Positions 8,962 through 18,545 are shown, counted from the first letter of the stretch. The stretch is 64,000 nucleotides of DNA from Candidatus Saccharimonadota bacterium (GCA_016187125.1 JACPKF010000007.1:835-64834); one strand, 5' to 3'. A program made the numbers and translations. Notes: generated by a model from the sequence alone, not told the origin.

Positions 8962-9063
8962 TATTGTAACAGGGGATTAGTGCTTGTAGGTAGGTCGAAA
9001 ATAATACCGATATCAATGCTGCTTAAGCTGTACGCTGAACCCTTCACGCTGTACGCTATTTAT

Positions 9064-10881
9064 ATGGATGCGGTGAGCGAAGTAAAATCTAGACTGAATA
9101 TTGAAGACGTGATTTCAGAGTACGTCCAACTGAAGCGAGCCGGGCGAAACTTTAAAGGCTTGAGCCCCTGGACCAATGAAAAAACGCCGAGTTTTATAGT
9201 TAGTCCGGAAAAGCAAATCTGGCATGATTTTTCCTCTAGTCGGGGCGGCGACATGTTTAGCTTTGTTATGGAAATGGAAGGTCTTGATTTTCGCGGTGCG
9301 CTGGAGCATTTAGCCAGGAAAGCCGGAATAGATCTAGAACAATTCCAAAGCTCAACAGCCGGTGCCAATAGCAAGTTTAAGGCTCGGGTTAGTGAAGCTT
9401 TAAGCTTGGCTGCCAAATTTTATCAAAAGCAGCTAACAGTTAATTACGCGGCTCTTTCATATCTGTTGAGTGTTAGAAAATTTAGTAAAAAAACGCTGCT
9501 TGATTGGCAGTTGGGCTATAGTCCTAATACCAGCCGCGGGCTGACCGATTTTTTATCTAAAAAGGGCTTTGAAGCTAGTGAACTGAAAGCCGCTGGACTA
9601 ATTACACAACGCCGCGATGGTAGTAACGCTGATATGTTCCGTGGACGGATAATGATCCCGCTGTGCGACAGCCGCGGCAATGTAATTGGCTTTACAGCCC
9701 GGTTTTTAGAAACCAGCCTTTCGCCAGCTGGCGAAGCCCCCAAATATATTAATACGCCCAGTACCCCGCTTTATGATAAAAGCCGTCATGTATTCGGACT
9801 GCATTTGGCCAAAGAAACTACCCGCAAGGCCGGTTTTGTGGTGGTGGTCGAAGGCAATATGGACGTTATTGCTTCTCATCAAGCCGGCGTGACTAACGTT
9901 GTAGCTACTGCCGGTACAGCCATGACCACGCAGCATCTGCGTGAGCTTAAACGTTTTACAGGTGATATTCGTCTATGTTTTGATTCCGATCAAGCCGGCA
10001 TCACAGCTACCGAGCGGGTTATACCGTTGGCTCAAAAAGTTGGCGTAAACTTAAACATTGTTAGCATAGATTCCAAAGACGGTAAAGACGCTGATGAACT
10101 GGTTCAAAAAGACCCGCAGCTATGGCAAAAAGCTATCAAACAAGCCAAGTATGCGCCGGATTGGTTAATCGAACACTACAAAGATTCTCTGGATCTGTCT
10201 TCGGCGCAGGGCAAGCGGGCTTTTACCGACGCGCTGCTAGTGACTATCAGACGCTTGAGCGACCCGGTAGAGAAAGAACACTACCTAAAAACTATCGCCG
10301 AAGCCACTAACACTAGCCTAGAGGCGATTAAGTCAAAATTGAGTGCCAGTGTTTCAGACGACTCGTTCGTGCCAAGAAGAAAAGTAGCGCCTCAGTCTCA
10401 GATTTTGGATCAAAGCGCCGTAGAATACCAAAGACTGCAGGATCATTTTTTAGCCAATGTGCTTATGCAACCTAAATTACGCGACTTACTGGATAATCTT
10501 AAGCCTGAGTATTTTAGCGAGGGCCCAGCCCGAACCACTTTTAAGTTCCTAGAGAAATATCCTGACTTTAAAGGGTTAAAAAAGGCCGCCTCGCCCGCCA
10601 ATCCGTCCAAGGCGGATCAGGAGAGCAAGGAGTTGCAGGAGATTGCTGATTATGTTAAAATTATATCATTACAGTTTGAGGAGCTCTATCAAGATCTGAG
10701 CCTGGAAGATTTAAGAATTCAGGCAGCTAGTCTCAAGAAACGCTTAATAGAGCGCTACGTAAAAAGCCAAAAGAGGCAAATTTCAGTTGCCATGCAAACA
10801 GAGGTTGATGAAAAGAAGCTGCAGGGGCTTATCCAAAAAGTTGATCAACTTAACAAACTGATCAACCCGCCCAAAAAATGA
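9064..10881 (+). CDS. dnaG: DNA primase
   Basis: Zn-ribbon region (KGLSPWTNEKTPSFIVSPEKQIWHDFSS) plus TOPRIM (VVVVEGNMDVIASHQAG...DSDQAG). The start was set at the ATG at 9064 rather than the ORF-track start. Confidence 0.9.
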   Translation: MDAVSEVKSRLNIEDVISEYVQLKRAGRNFKGLSPWTNEKTPSFIVSPEKQIWHDFSSSRGGDMFSFVMEMEGLDFRGALEHLARKAGIDLEQFQSSTAGANSKFKARVSEALSLAAKFYQKQLTVNYAALSYLLSVRKFSKKTLLDWQLGYSPNTSRGLTDFLSKKGFEASELKAAGLITQRRDGSNADMFRGRIMIPLCDSRGNVIGFTARFLETSLSPAGEAPKYINTPSTPLYDKSRHVFGLHLAKETTRKAGFVVVVEGNMDVIASHQAGVTNVVATAGTAMTTQHLRELKRFTGDIRLCFDSDQAGITATERVIPLAQKVGVNLNIVSIDSKDGKDADELVQKDPQLWQKAIKQAKYAPDWLIEHYKDSLDLSSAQGKRAFTDALLVTIRRLSDPVEKEHYLKTIAEATNTSLEAIKSKLSASVSDDSFVPRRKVAPQSQILDQSAVEYQRLQDHFLANVLMQPKLRDLLDNLKPEYFSEGPARTTFKFLEKYPDFKGLKKAASPANPSKADQESKELQEIADYVKIISLQFEELYQDLSLEDLRIQAASLKKRLIERYVKSQKRQISVAMQTEVDEKKLQGLIQKVDQLNKLINPPKK

Positions 10882-10918
10882 TAGAAATTTTACCAGTTAG
10901 AGGACATAATTAACAATA

Positions 10919-12088
10919 ATGCTAAAAAAGAAGACTAACGATCAATCGGCTGCCAAGCCCGATAAAGTTAAAAAACCGGGGCGAACTCCAAGAATGAAAT
11001 CGTTCGACCGAGAAATGGAGCAGCTGGTTACTCGGGGCAAAAAAGAGGGCAAGATTGAGCAGCGCGATGTTTTTGAACTAATTCCAGACACTCCGGCCAA
11101 CCTTGAAGTTTTGGACCAGCTGTATAACGAGCTGGCGGAAGCCGAAATTGAACTTATAGAAGTTGTTGAACCCAGCGTTACCGAGATTAGTGATGAGTGG
11201 GAAGAAGACGAGCCGGCAGCTGTAGTAGCACCGGTCAATACCACTTATCTAGACGATGTTTCAGACGACTCGGTCCGGCTTTATCTGCGTGAAATCGGCA
11301 AAATTCCGCTTCTGACAGCCGAAGAGGAATTAGCCCTGGCCAAAAAAGTTGTTACCGGCGACAAGCGCGCCAAAGACGCCATGGCCGAGGCTAATATGCG
11401 CCTGGTGGTTTCGATTGCTAAACGCTACGTTGGCCGAGGACTGGATCTACTGGATCTTATTCAAGAGGGCAATACTGGTCTATTGCGGGCCGTCGAAAAA
11501 TTTGATCCGGACCGGGGCTTCAAGTTCAGTACTTATGCCACTTGGTGGATTCGCCAGGCTATAACTCGGGCCATTGCCGATCAAGCCCGCACCATCAGAA
11601 TTCCAGTGCACATGGTCGAGACCATTAACAAGCTGCTACGGACTCAGCGCCGCTTGACCCAAGAGCTCAACCGCGAGCCAACCAACGAAGAAATCGGCGC
11701 CGCTATGGAAATGGACGTTGATAAAGTTGAGCACATTATGAAAATCAAGCAGGATATTTCCAGTCTTGATGCCAGCGTCCGCGACGACGAAGAAGACAGC
11801 GTGCTGGGCGATTTTATAGAGGATGAAGACACTAAAACGCCTACCGAGTCAGCCTCCGAACAGTTGCTCAAAGAACAAGTTAAAAGGATTTTAGGCACAC
11901 TGACCGAGCGCGAGCAAAAAATCCTCAAGCTTCGCTTTGGACTGGAAGACGGCAAAAGCCACACGCTGGAAGAAGTTGGCCAGGAATTTAGCGTTACTCG
12001 CGAGCGCATCCGTCAAATCGAGGCTAAAGCTCTGGCCAAGTTAAGAAAACATAAGGACACTAGAAAGCTTCATGAATATCTTCAATAG
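10919..12088 (+). CDS. rpoD: RNA polymerase primary sigma factor (sigma-70 family)
   Basis: Regions 1.2-4.2 are present: [56 protein letters not shown]. Confidence 0.95.
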   Translation: MLKKKTNDQSAAKPDKVKKPGRTPRMKSFDREMEQLVTRGKKEGKIEQRDVFELIPDTPANLEVLDQLYNELAEAEIELIEVVEPSVTEISDEWEEDEPAAVVAPVNTTYLDDVSDDSVRLYLREIGKIPLLTAEEELALAKKVVTGDKRAKDAMAEANMRLVVSIAKRYVGRGLDLLDLIQEGNTGLLRAVEKFDPDRGFKFSTYATWWIRQAITRAIADQARTIRIPVHMVETINKLLRTQRRLTQELNREPTNEEIGAAMEMDVDKVEHIMKIKQDISSLDASVRDDEEDSVLGDFIEDEDTKTPTESASEQLLKEQVKRILGTLTEREQKILKLRFGLEDGKSHTLEEVGQEFSVTRERIRQIEAKALAKLRKHKDTRKLHEYLQ

Positions 12089-12173
12089 TCATAGCACAAA
12101 CCCCGCATATTTTCATGGCGTTTCGCAATCCGCCGCAGGCGGACTGCTCCACCCAGAAAATTGGCGGGGCAGG
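12089..12173 (+). repeat. 85-nt hairpin element (family F1) with core cgcaatccgccgNaggcggactgctccaccc
   Basis: Outer inverted repeat ccccgcatattttc / gaaaattggcgggg with an inner hairpin tccgcc/ggcgga. A second copy is at 14733-14808. It sits between the two rpoD 3'-end copies. Confidence 0.75.
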
Positions 12174-12206
12174 GACACCCGCAAGTTGCATGAGTATTTG
12201 CAGTAG
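12174..12206 (+). pseudogene. displaced duplicate of the rpoD 3' end ([10 protein letters not shown])
   Basis: gac acc cgc aag ttg cat gag tat ttg cag tag encodes the same 10 aa as 12056-12088. Six codons differ, all synonymously. Its TAG abuts the ATG of the next gene. Confidence 0.85.
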
Positions 12207-12776
12207 ATGAGAATTATTGGACTTGCCGGCACCAACGGTTCAGGGAAGGATAGTTTGGGCCAGATTTTGGCTGATGGTTATGGTTACATGTTTGTGTCGG
12301 TAGCTGATTTTTTAAGGGACGAGGCTAAAAAACGCGGCTTGCCGATTGAAAGGGAAGTTTTGCGGACAATCAGCGCCGAGTGGCGCCGTGAGTACGGACT
12401 GGGGGTTTTAGTTGATAGGGCAGTAGAATTATTCCAAAAATCCGGCAAGAACTATAAAGGTTTGGCAATCAGCCCGATGCGTAACGGCGGCGAGGCCGAC
12501 AGATTAAAAGAGCTAGGCGGCAGATTAGTTTGGATAGACGCTGATCCTAAAATTCGTTACGGGCGAATAACCAATCGTGCCCGTAGCACCGAAGATAAGA
12601 AAACTTATGAGCAATTTTTAGCCGAGGAACAAGCCGAAATGCAGCCCAGCGGCGACGAGGCCACCTTGAGCTTGAGCGATGTTAAAAAACGAGCCGACAT
12701 TTTTATTCAAAATGATGTTGAATCTTTGGAAGATTTCCGCCAAATCATCGACCAAAAATTAGCTCAACTTTTGTAA
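12207..12776 (+). CDS. P-loop nucleotide/nucleoside kinase-like protein (dephospho-CoA kinase / dNMP kinase-like)
   Basis: Walker A motif GLAGTNGSGKDS at the N-terminus in a small 189-aa protein. The exact substrate is not inferable. Confidence 0.55.
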   Translation: MRIIGLAGTNGSGKDSLGQILADGYGYMFVSVADFLRDEAKKRGLPIEREVLRTISAEWRREYGLGVLVDRAVELFQKSGKNYKGLAISPMRNGGEADRLKELGGRLVWIDADPKIRYGRITNRARSTEDKKTYEQFLAEEQAEMQPSGDEATLSLSDVKKRADIFIQNDVESLEDFRQIIDQKLAQLL

Positions 12777-12791
12777 TTAACAGATCAAATT

Positions 12792-12829
12792 ATAGGAATA
12801 AATTCAGCGATCGCTGAATTTATTCCTAT
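12792..12829. terminator. perfect 38-nt palindrome centred on GCGATCGC, likely terminator
   Basis: ataggaataaattcagcga|tcgctgaatttattcctat lies 16 nt after the kinase stop. Confidence 0.6.
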
Positions 12830-13091
12830 GCAGCCTATTGACGCAAGGCGGGAAAATGCTGTATAAACTGACGCATGAGTTATTTACTCAGTCAGAATCA
12901 ATTGTTTTTTAGCTCCTCACGCGGGGGCTTAGCTTCATTTTGTAAGTAAACATAACTAAATAAAGTCAATCACAAGCCCCCAACAGGGGCTTTTTTAATA
13001 TTTAAATTTAACCCGCCATCCGCCTGAGGTGGATTGCGGGCTTGGCCGCACAAACTTCCAAAGAAGTTTAGGTGGCCGAAGGGAGAAAGAA

Positions 13092-13979
13092 ATGATCGAA
13101 ACTTACCAAAATATTCCGGTATATCACGTTGGCTCCAACGGCTCATATAGTCAAATCAATGCTGAGCGCTTGTTTGCCACAACCAGAGGAATTGAGTTTG
13201 TCCCCCAGCGAACATTTGATGATATTGCCGATGCTTTGGCAGAGAACTCTCGAGCATTGGCAGTGCTTCCCATTGAAAATAATAGCTCTGGCCGTGTGCA
13301 CGAAGTATCGGATATTTTGTTCGAAAGAAGACTAATCGTAGTCGGTGCTAATTGGCTAAGGATTCCTATGCACCTAATAGGTGTAGAAGGTGCTTCGGAA
13401 GAAACTGCGCAGATTGTGGTGTCGCAAAACCAAGCTTTAAAACAATCCAAAATATATATAGATAGTATGGATTTGAAAAGAAAACGCTATGACAGTACTT
13501 CTGAAGCAGCTCAATTTGTCGCCGCGGAAAACGATCCGCGGGTTGTTTGTCTGGGTGGTTTAACATTGGCAAGAGAAGCAGGGCTGCAAGTCATAAGAGA
13601 GCATGTTGCAAATAAAGGCGAAAATAATAAGACTAAATTCTATGTTGTCCGTGGTCGGCAAGGTGATGAAGTTCCGGAAATTCCCAAACCGAATGGTGAC
13701 GATTTAATGGTAACAATGGTGGTCGGCTTGAAAGACCGCAAAGGCTCACTCGGCCACTTCTTAGTCGAACTAGAAGATTCTGACTTACGAACAACTGTAT
13801 CTAACCCAGACCCGGAAGACGATGGCAGCCATCCGGACGAAGGCGACCACCTGTTCTGGATAGATTTTCAGGCAGCAAGTTTGGACGTTAGAAGATTATT
13901 AGAAATAGCAAGAAATAGATCACACACATTTGATTTGTTAGGTGTATATAAGTTGGGCGAAGATCAATTTGCTGAATAG
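13092..13979 (+). CDS. prephenate dehydratase-like protein (PDT domain plus C-terminal regulatory-like domain)
   Basis: GSNGSYSQINAERLF ... ALAVLPIENNSSGRVHEV matches the PDT pattern (G.GS.S, P.ENS..G.V). The start was set at the ATG preceded by gaagggag. Confidence 0.65.
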   Translation: MIETYQNIPVYHVGSNGSYSQINAERLFATTRGIEFVPQRTFDDIADALAENSRALAVLPIENNSSGRVHEVSDILFERRLIVVGANWLRIPMHLIGVEGASEETAQIVVSQNQALKQSKIYIDSMDLKRKRYDSTSEAAQFVAAENDPRVVCLGGLTLAREAGLQVIREHVANKGENNKTKFYVVRGRQGDEVPEIPKPNGDDLMVTMVVGLKDRKGSLGHFLVELEDSDLRTTVSNPDPEDDGSHPDEGDHLFWIDFQAASLDVRRLLEIARNRSHTFDLLGVYKLGEDQFAE

Positions 13980-14077
13980 AGCATCTCCTTATGATGTACT
14001 TGGTATCTACAAACCCAGACAAACCTACCCCAGCGAGTAAGAGCAGTTTTTTACGACCTACATAAACCATTCTAATA

Positions 14078-14107
14078 TTCTTAAGAATAATAGAATAGGA
14101 ATAATTA
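14078..14107. repeat. copy of the ttctaatattcttaagaatattagaa palindrome family (imperfect)
   Basis: cattctaatattcttaagaataatagaata lies about 45 nt upstream of ORF 14153. Other copies are at 48498-48523, 48780-48807 and 51421-51452. Confidence 0.7.
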
Positions 14108-14152
14108 AAGCATAAGTAGTCGCCGAGAAAACCCTGGGTTTATAATTGAAAT

Positions 14153-14692
14153 ATGTCAGAGGATTACACAGGCCCACTTCAGGTAGAAGAAATTCCTTTT
14201 AACCCTTTAAACAAAACGGGTTGGGAAAAAGAAGACGGACAAATAAATGAAGTTGTGATACGAGGAGAGCGAAAGCCAGTTCATCCAACAAATAACCTTC
14301 GAATGATTTTCGGTTTCCATAAAAGGCTAATTAGTGGCGATCGTACCGATCCTTTTATGCAGGTATACAAAGGTGTATTTCAAACAAATAGGCTAGGTGA
14401 AATTTTGGAACACTTTGGTAAAAAGTTTCCTCTTCTATATGCAAGAATGAGTGAGATTAGCGAGCAACATTATCAGAACGCGCAAGATCGGAATAATGCA
14501 TTAGTGAAGCTTGGGCCCAACTCCCCAGAATATGAGACTTTTGTCAAAAAACAAGGGCGCACTGTCGAAGAAGCGGTTGAGCAAGATTACATTTTTTCCA
14601 TGGGCTATGATGGTTTAGCCGAGTCAGCGGTTGAACTTGATCCCGAATATCCAGTAGAAAATCTTCGGGTGCTCACCGGCTATAACGGCTAA
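14153..14692 (+). CDS. hypothetical protein (179 aa)
   Basis: Intact ORF. A TATAAT (14141-14146) lies 6 nt before the ATG. No motif recognised. Confidence 0.45.
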   Translation: MSEDYTGPLQVEEIPFNPLNKTGWEKEDGQINEVVIRGERKPVHPTNNLRMIFGFHKRLISGDRTDPFMQVYKGVFQTNRLGEILEHFGKKFPLLYARMSEISEQHYQNAQDRNNALVKLGPNSPEYETFVKKQGRTVEEAVEQDYIFSMGYDGLAESAVELDPEYPVENLRVLTGYNG

Positions 14693-14732
14693 AATACCTA
14701 CCTACTATCTGTCTGGCGTATAATTTTAAGTA

Positions 14733-14808
14733 ACCCGCAGATCTTTTTGGGGAGTTGCGCAATCCGCCGAAGGCGGACTGCTCCACCCTGAAAAGGTATG
14801 GGGCAAGT
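14733..14808 (+). repeat. second copy of the F1 hairpin element
   Basis: The core gcgcaatccgccgaaggcggactgctccaccc (14757-14788) and flanking inverted repeats align with 12089-12173. Confidence 0.75.
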
Positions 14809-14819
14809 GGCAGAGACTT

Positions 14820-14852
14820 ATGAGTGAAAGAAAGAAATTAGCGATTATAGAC
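14820..14852 (+). pseudogene. displaced duplicate of the polA 5' end (MSERKKLAIID)
   Basis: atg agt gaa aga aag aaa tta gcg att ata gac parallels the real start gtg agc cgt aag aaa ttg gct atc ata gac at 14953. Differences are synonymous, apart from ATG vs GTG at the start codon and one extra codon. Confidence 0.8.
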
Positions 14853-14927
14853 CCCAGCACCAAAATCTTGAAATTCTGCAATAGGGATATTCTCCCTCTT
14901 CTGCATTCAGGATTTGGTGCGGGGCAG
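14853..14927 (+). repeat. 75-nt MITE-like element (family F2), termini cccagcaccaaaatc / gatttggtgcggggcag
   Basis: Inverted termini. The first 20 nt (23 counting the preceding gac) and the last ~20 nt are near-identical to 24539-24611. The centre is variable. Confidence 0.8.
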
Positions 14928-14952
14928 GTCGCGGCTATAGAAAGTTGGCGAA

Positions 14953-17643
14953 GTGAGCCGTAAGAAATTGGCTATCATAGACGGAAAGAGCGTTTTCTAT
15001 AGAGGGTACTACGCCTTGCCGAATTTAAGTACCAAAGACGGAATTCCGACTGGTGGAGTTTATGGTTTCGCGTCTATGAGCCTGGAGCTTATTAAAAAAC
15101 TCAAACCGGATTATGTGGCCGTAGCTTGGGATAAACCCAAAACCAACATTAGAGCCCGGCTAAAAATGTATCCGGAGTATAAGGCCGGCCGCAAACCGGC
15201 GCCGCCGGATTTTTACACCCAAATCCCGATTTTGCATGAACTGCTAGAAGCCTTCGGTTGGCCACTGTATGAACTGGACGACTATGAAGCCGACGATATT
15301 ATGGGCACCTTGGCAGTCCAGGCCCGTAAAAAAAATATCGAAACCCAGCTTATAACCTCCGATCTTGACGCCCTGCAGCTGATCAACGGTCACGTCAAGG
15401 TCTATGCCCTAAAAAAAGGCTTCTCTAATATCGAAGAGTTTCATACCGAGAGTTTTGAAGCCAAATACGGCCTCAAAGCCGAGCAATTTTTGGATCTAAA
15501 ATCTCTAAAAGGTGACAGCTCCGATAATATTCCCGGCGTACCAGGCGTGGGTGAAAAAACAGCTATTGCTCTGCTTCAACAATACAAAACCCTGGACGGA
15601 GTTTACAAAAACTTGGAGTTAGTTAAAGACAGCCTACGCAAAAAACTTGAGGACGGCAAAGACTTAGCCTATTTGAGCAAGCAACTAGCTAAACTTTGGA
15701 CTAATGCGCCGCTTAAATTGAACCTGGAGGCGATGGACACCAGTAAATGTGATACCGACCGTCTGCGGAGTTTGCTGCAGGAACTGGAATTTCGCAGTTT
15801 GCTGAACAACTTGCCGGAGAATATGCGGGTTACACCCGCAGTAACAAGTAATATGCCCCAAGCAAAAAGCGGAGATAAATTAAAGCTCCAGGAACATAAA
15901 TTAATTGATTCAGACGCTAAACTGGCTGAAATCAAGTTGGCTGGCGATAAGATTTTTATTCATTCTCGAGCTGCCGGCCGGCACGGTGCCGACCCGCAGG
16001 TTTTGATTATCGGCACCGACAAAATTTCTTACACGCTTGATTTAACCAAGCTGGACCATAAAAAGGTCCAGCAAGCTATCAGCCATCAGCTAAAGGTTAG
16101 TAGTTCGGTGGTTGGCTATGACTTGAAATCTGATATTAAAGTTTTAAAAAACCTTGGTATCCAACCGCCGCCTGTGGCTCATGACGTCCTGGTAGCGGCC
16201 TTTTTGCTAAATCCCTTAATGCGAGTTCAAACTTTGACCGAACTGGCCACGGTAAATTTGGGCTACGGCGGCACGAGCTTAGAAGATTTGCCAACTGAAG
16301 ATTTTATAGAACGCTCCGCCGAGCTTATGGCAATTCTCATTAAGCTTTACCACGTCCAGCAACACGAATTTGGCGAGGCGCCAACGCTCGAGCGCTTAGC
16401 TAAACAAATCGAATGGCCGCTTATTCCGGTGTTAGCCGATATGGAATACCGCGGTATTAAACTCGACGTTAAGTATCTGAAAAATTTTTCCAAAAAAATA
16501 GAAGATTCGATTAGCGATCTGGAGCAAACCATTTATGGCCACGCCGACTACGAGTTTAATATCAGCTCGCCGGCCCAGCTAGCAGACGTACTATTTACCA
16601 AACTCAATCTTCCCAAGCAGGGAATTAAAAAAGGCAAAACCGGCTTGTCAACGGCGGCCAGCGAGCTGGAAAAATTGCGCGGCCTGCATCCGATTATTGA
16701 TTTAATTAGCCAGTACCGCGAAGTAACTAAGCTCAAAAATACCTACGTTGACGCCTTGCCGGCCTTAGTGGACGCCAGTAGCCGCATTCACACTACTTTT
16801 AATCTGACAGTTGCTCAAACCGGCCGGCTATCGAGTGCCGATCCGAATTTGCAAAATATTCCGGTCCGCACCGAGCTGGGTAAAAATATCCGCACCGCTT
16901 TTATAGCGGAGCGCGGCAATGTTTTTGTCAGTGCCGATTACAGCCAGTTCGAAATAAGGCTAGCGGCCGCCTTTTCGGGCGACCAAGATATGATTGACGC
17001 TTTTAACCAAGATATGGACATTCATGCCGAAACCGCCGCGCTGGTGTTGGGTATCCCGGTTGATAAGGTAACTAGCGAACAGCGTTATGCGGCTAAAGCC
17101 GTCAATTTTGGCATCATGTACGGCCAAGGCCCGCATGGTCTGAGTGTTGGTACGGGTATGGATTACACAGCGGCCCGGGAATTTATTGCCAGATATTTTG
17201 AAGTGCGGCCCAAACTCAAAGAATATATAGATTCGATTCGTAGGGAAGCCGAAGAGCAGGGCTTTGTAGAGACAATCCTAGGCCGCCGCCGGCCAACTCC
17301 GGACGTTAAATCTTCTAACTTCGCGGTCCGCGAGGCTGCTTATCGGGCGGCAATAAACATGCCATTGCAAGGCAGTGCCGCCGATCTCATGAAAATGGCG
17401 ATGGTAGCGGTGAACAAAGAATTTGAGAGCCGCTACCATCGCCATCCTGAGCGGAGCGATAGCAGAGTCGAGGGATGGCCTCGAATGTTACTTCAGATCC
17501 ATGACTCTATACTTGTTGAAACCCCTGAGTCGTTAACTAAACAAGTGGGCGATTTGCTTAAGGACACCATGGAAAACATCCACAAACTACCCGTGAAGTT
17601 GGCAGTAGATATTTCTGTAGGTAAAAATTGGGGCGAACTCTAG
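14953..17643 (+). CDS. polA: DNA polymerase I
   Basis: 896 aa with a 5' nuclease N-terminus, a 3'-5' exo-like domain and pol motifs (DYSQFEIRLAA, KAVNFGIMYG, QIHDS). GTG start. Confidence 0.95.
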   Translation: MSRKKLAIIDGKSVFYRGYYALPNLSTKDGIPTGGVYGFASMSLELIKKLKPDYVAVAWDKPKTNIRARLKMYPEYKAGRKPAPPDFYTQIPILHELLEAFGWPLYELDDYEADDIMGTLAVQARKKNIETQLITSDLDALQLINGHVKVYALKKGFSNIEEFHTESFEAKYGLKAEQFLDLKSLKGDSSDNIPGVPGVGEKTAIALLQQYKTLDGVYKNLELVKDSLRKKLEDGKDLAYLSKQLAKLWTNAPLKLNLEAMDTSKCDTDRLRSLLQELEFRSLLNNLPENMRVTPAVTSNMPQAKSGDKLKLQEHKLIDSDAKLAEIKLAGDKIFIHSRAAGRHGADPQVLIIGTDKISYTLDLTKLDHKKVQQAISHQLKVSSSVVGYDLKSDIKVLKNLGIQPPPVAHDVLVAAFLLNPLMRVQTLTELATVNLGYGGTSLEDLPTEDFIERSAELMAILIKLYHVQQHEFGEAPTLERLAKQIEWPLIPVLADMEYRGIKLDVKYLKNFSKKIEDSISDLEQTIYGHADYEFNISSPAQLADVLFTKLNLPKQGIKKGKTGLSTAASELEKLRGLHPIIDLISQYREVTKLKNTYVDALPALVDASSRIHTTFNLTVAQTGRLSSADPNLQNIPVRTELGKNIRTAFIAERGNVFVSADYSQFEIRLAAAFSGDQDMIDAFNQDMDIHAETAALVLGIPVDKVTSEQRYAAKAVNFGIMYGQGPHGLSVGTGMDYTAAREFIARYFEVRPKLKEYIDSIRREAEEQGFVETILGRRRPTPDVKSSNFAVREAAYRAAINMPLQGSAADLMKMAMVAVNKEFESRYHRHPERSDSRVEGWPRMLLQIHDSILVETPESLTKQVGDLLKDTMENIHKLPVKLAVDISVGKNWGEL
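17442..17478 (+). repeat. in-frame hairpin insert (family F4, CCTGAGC...GTCGARGG) inside polA
   Basis: ccatcctgagcggagcgatagcagagtcgagggatgg is translated as HPERSDSRVEGW just upstream of the QIHDS motif. Related units are at 24445-24508 and 62650-62790. Confidence 0.65.
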
Positions 17644-17646
17644 CTT

Positions 17647-18285
17647 ATGAATAACTCGATTCCTGATCAAAGAGATTTTTGGAATAGAAGACACGGTAAT
17701 GAGCTAGAGGAAGACAGAGACGTTAATCCATTCGCTATCCTTGCTGAGCAAAGTTTTCAACCGCATTCTAAAGTTTTAGATTTGGGCTGTGGAAGGGCAA
17801 GCGATGCGGTTTATTTTGCGAGTAAAGGCCACAGTGTTTTAGCAACTGACTTTTCAGAGACAGTAATCGATCATAACAAAAAAACTTTGAGTAATTCTGG
17901 AGTTGATTTTCAAGTTTTTGATTTACGCCAGTCGCTTCCAGCAGGATCGGAAAGCTTCGACGCCGTTTATTCTAGCCTATCTCTTCATTACTTTGGCGAT
18001 AAAATTACCAAAGGAATCTTTAGTGAGATTCACCGAGTACTCAAGACTGGCGCGACTTTTGCTTTTAGTTGCAAGTCTGTCAACGATCAGCACTACGGCG
18101 AAGGAAGCGAAATAGAAAAGAATGTTTTCATATCCCCTAAAGGCTACCTTAGACATTTCTTTTCTGAGAGTTATGTAAAAGAACTTTTAGCTGATGGCTT
18201 CGAAATTGATCTGCTTGAAGAAGTGCAAGAGGATTATGTGGGAGAGGATTCACATATTATCCACTGTATTGCCCGGAAGTTATAA
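17647..18285 (+). CDS. class I SAM-dependent methyltransferase (cassette between two polA 3' ends)
   Basis: Motif I is VLDLGCGRASDAVYFASKGHSVLATDFS. The ATG lies 3 nt after the polA stop. Confidence 0.85.
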   Translation: MNNSIPDQRDFWNRRHGNELEEDRDVNPFAILAEQSFQPHSKVLDLGCGRASDAVYFASKGHSVLATDFSETVIDHNKKTLSNSGVDFQVFDLRQSLPAGSESFDAVYSSLSLHYFGDKITKGIFSEIHRVLKTGATFAFSCKSVNDQHYGEGSEIEKNVFISPKGYLRHFFSESYVKELLADGFEIDLLEEVQEDYVGEDSHIIHCIARKL

Positions 18286-18291
18286 ATTGTA

Positions 18292-18339
18292 AAACTCAAA
18301 GTCGATATCTCCACCGGCAAAAACTGGGGCGAACTATAA
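18292..18339 (+). pseudogene. displaced duplicate of the polA 3' end (KLKVDISTGKNWGEL*)
   Basis: Parallels 17596-17643 (KLAVDISVGKNWGEL*) with 9 synonymous and 2 replacement codon differences. Confidence 0.85.
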
Positions 18340-18545
18340 ATATCTTCCATTTTGTTTCGGCAAAACGGAAGCCAAAAACCGACGGACATTCGAAAACACT
18401 ATCGAATTTACTAACGCTGTCTGCCGCGCCAAAACAACGCAAGCGGTCCCTCACTTTCTAGGGCAGAGGTTCGGGATTGAGTTTCGGCTGGACTCGCCAG
18501 CCAGCTACCAAATTCATCGGTTTTCTCGAGTCCGGAGACAGAAAG
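18340..18545 (+). repeat. copy C of the A/B/C/D/E structured repeat family
   Basis: ctgccgcgccaaaacaacgcaagcggtccctc ... gagtttcggctggactcgccagccagctaccaaattcatcggttttctcgagtccgg aligns with copies A and B. Confidence 0.65.
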
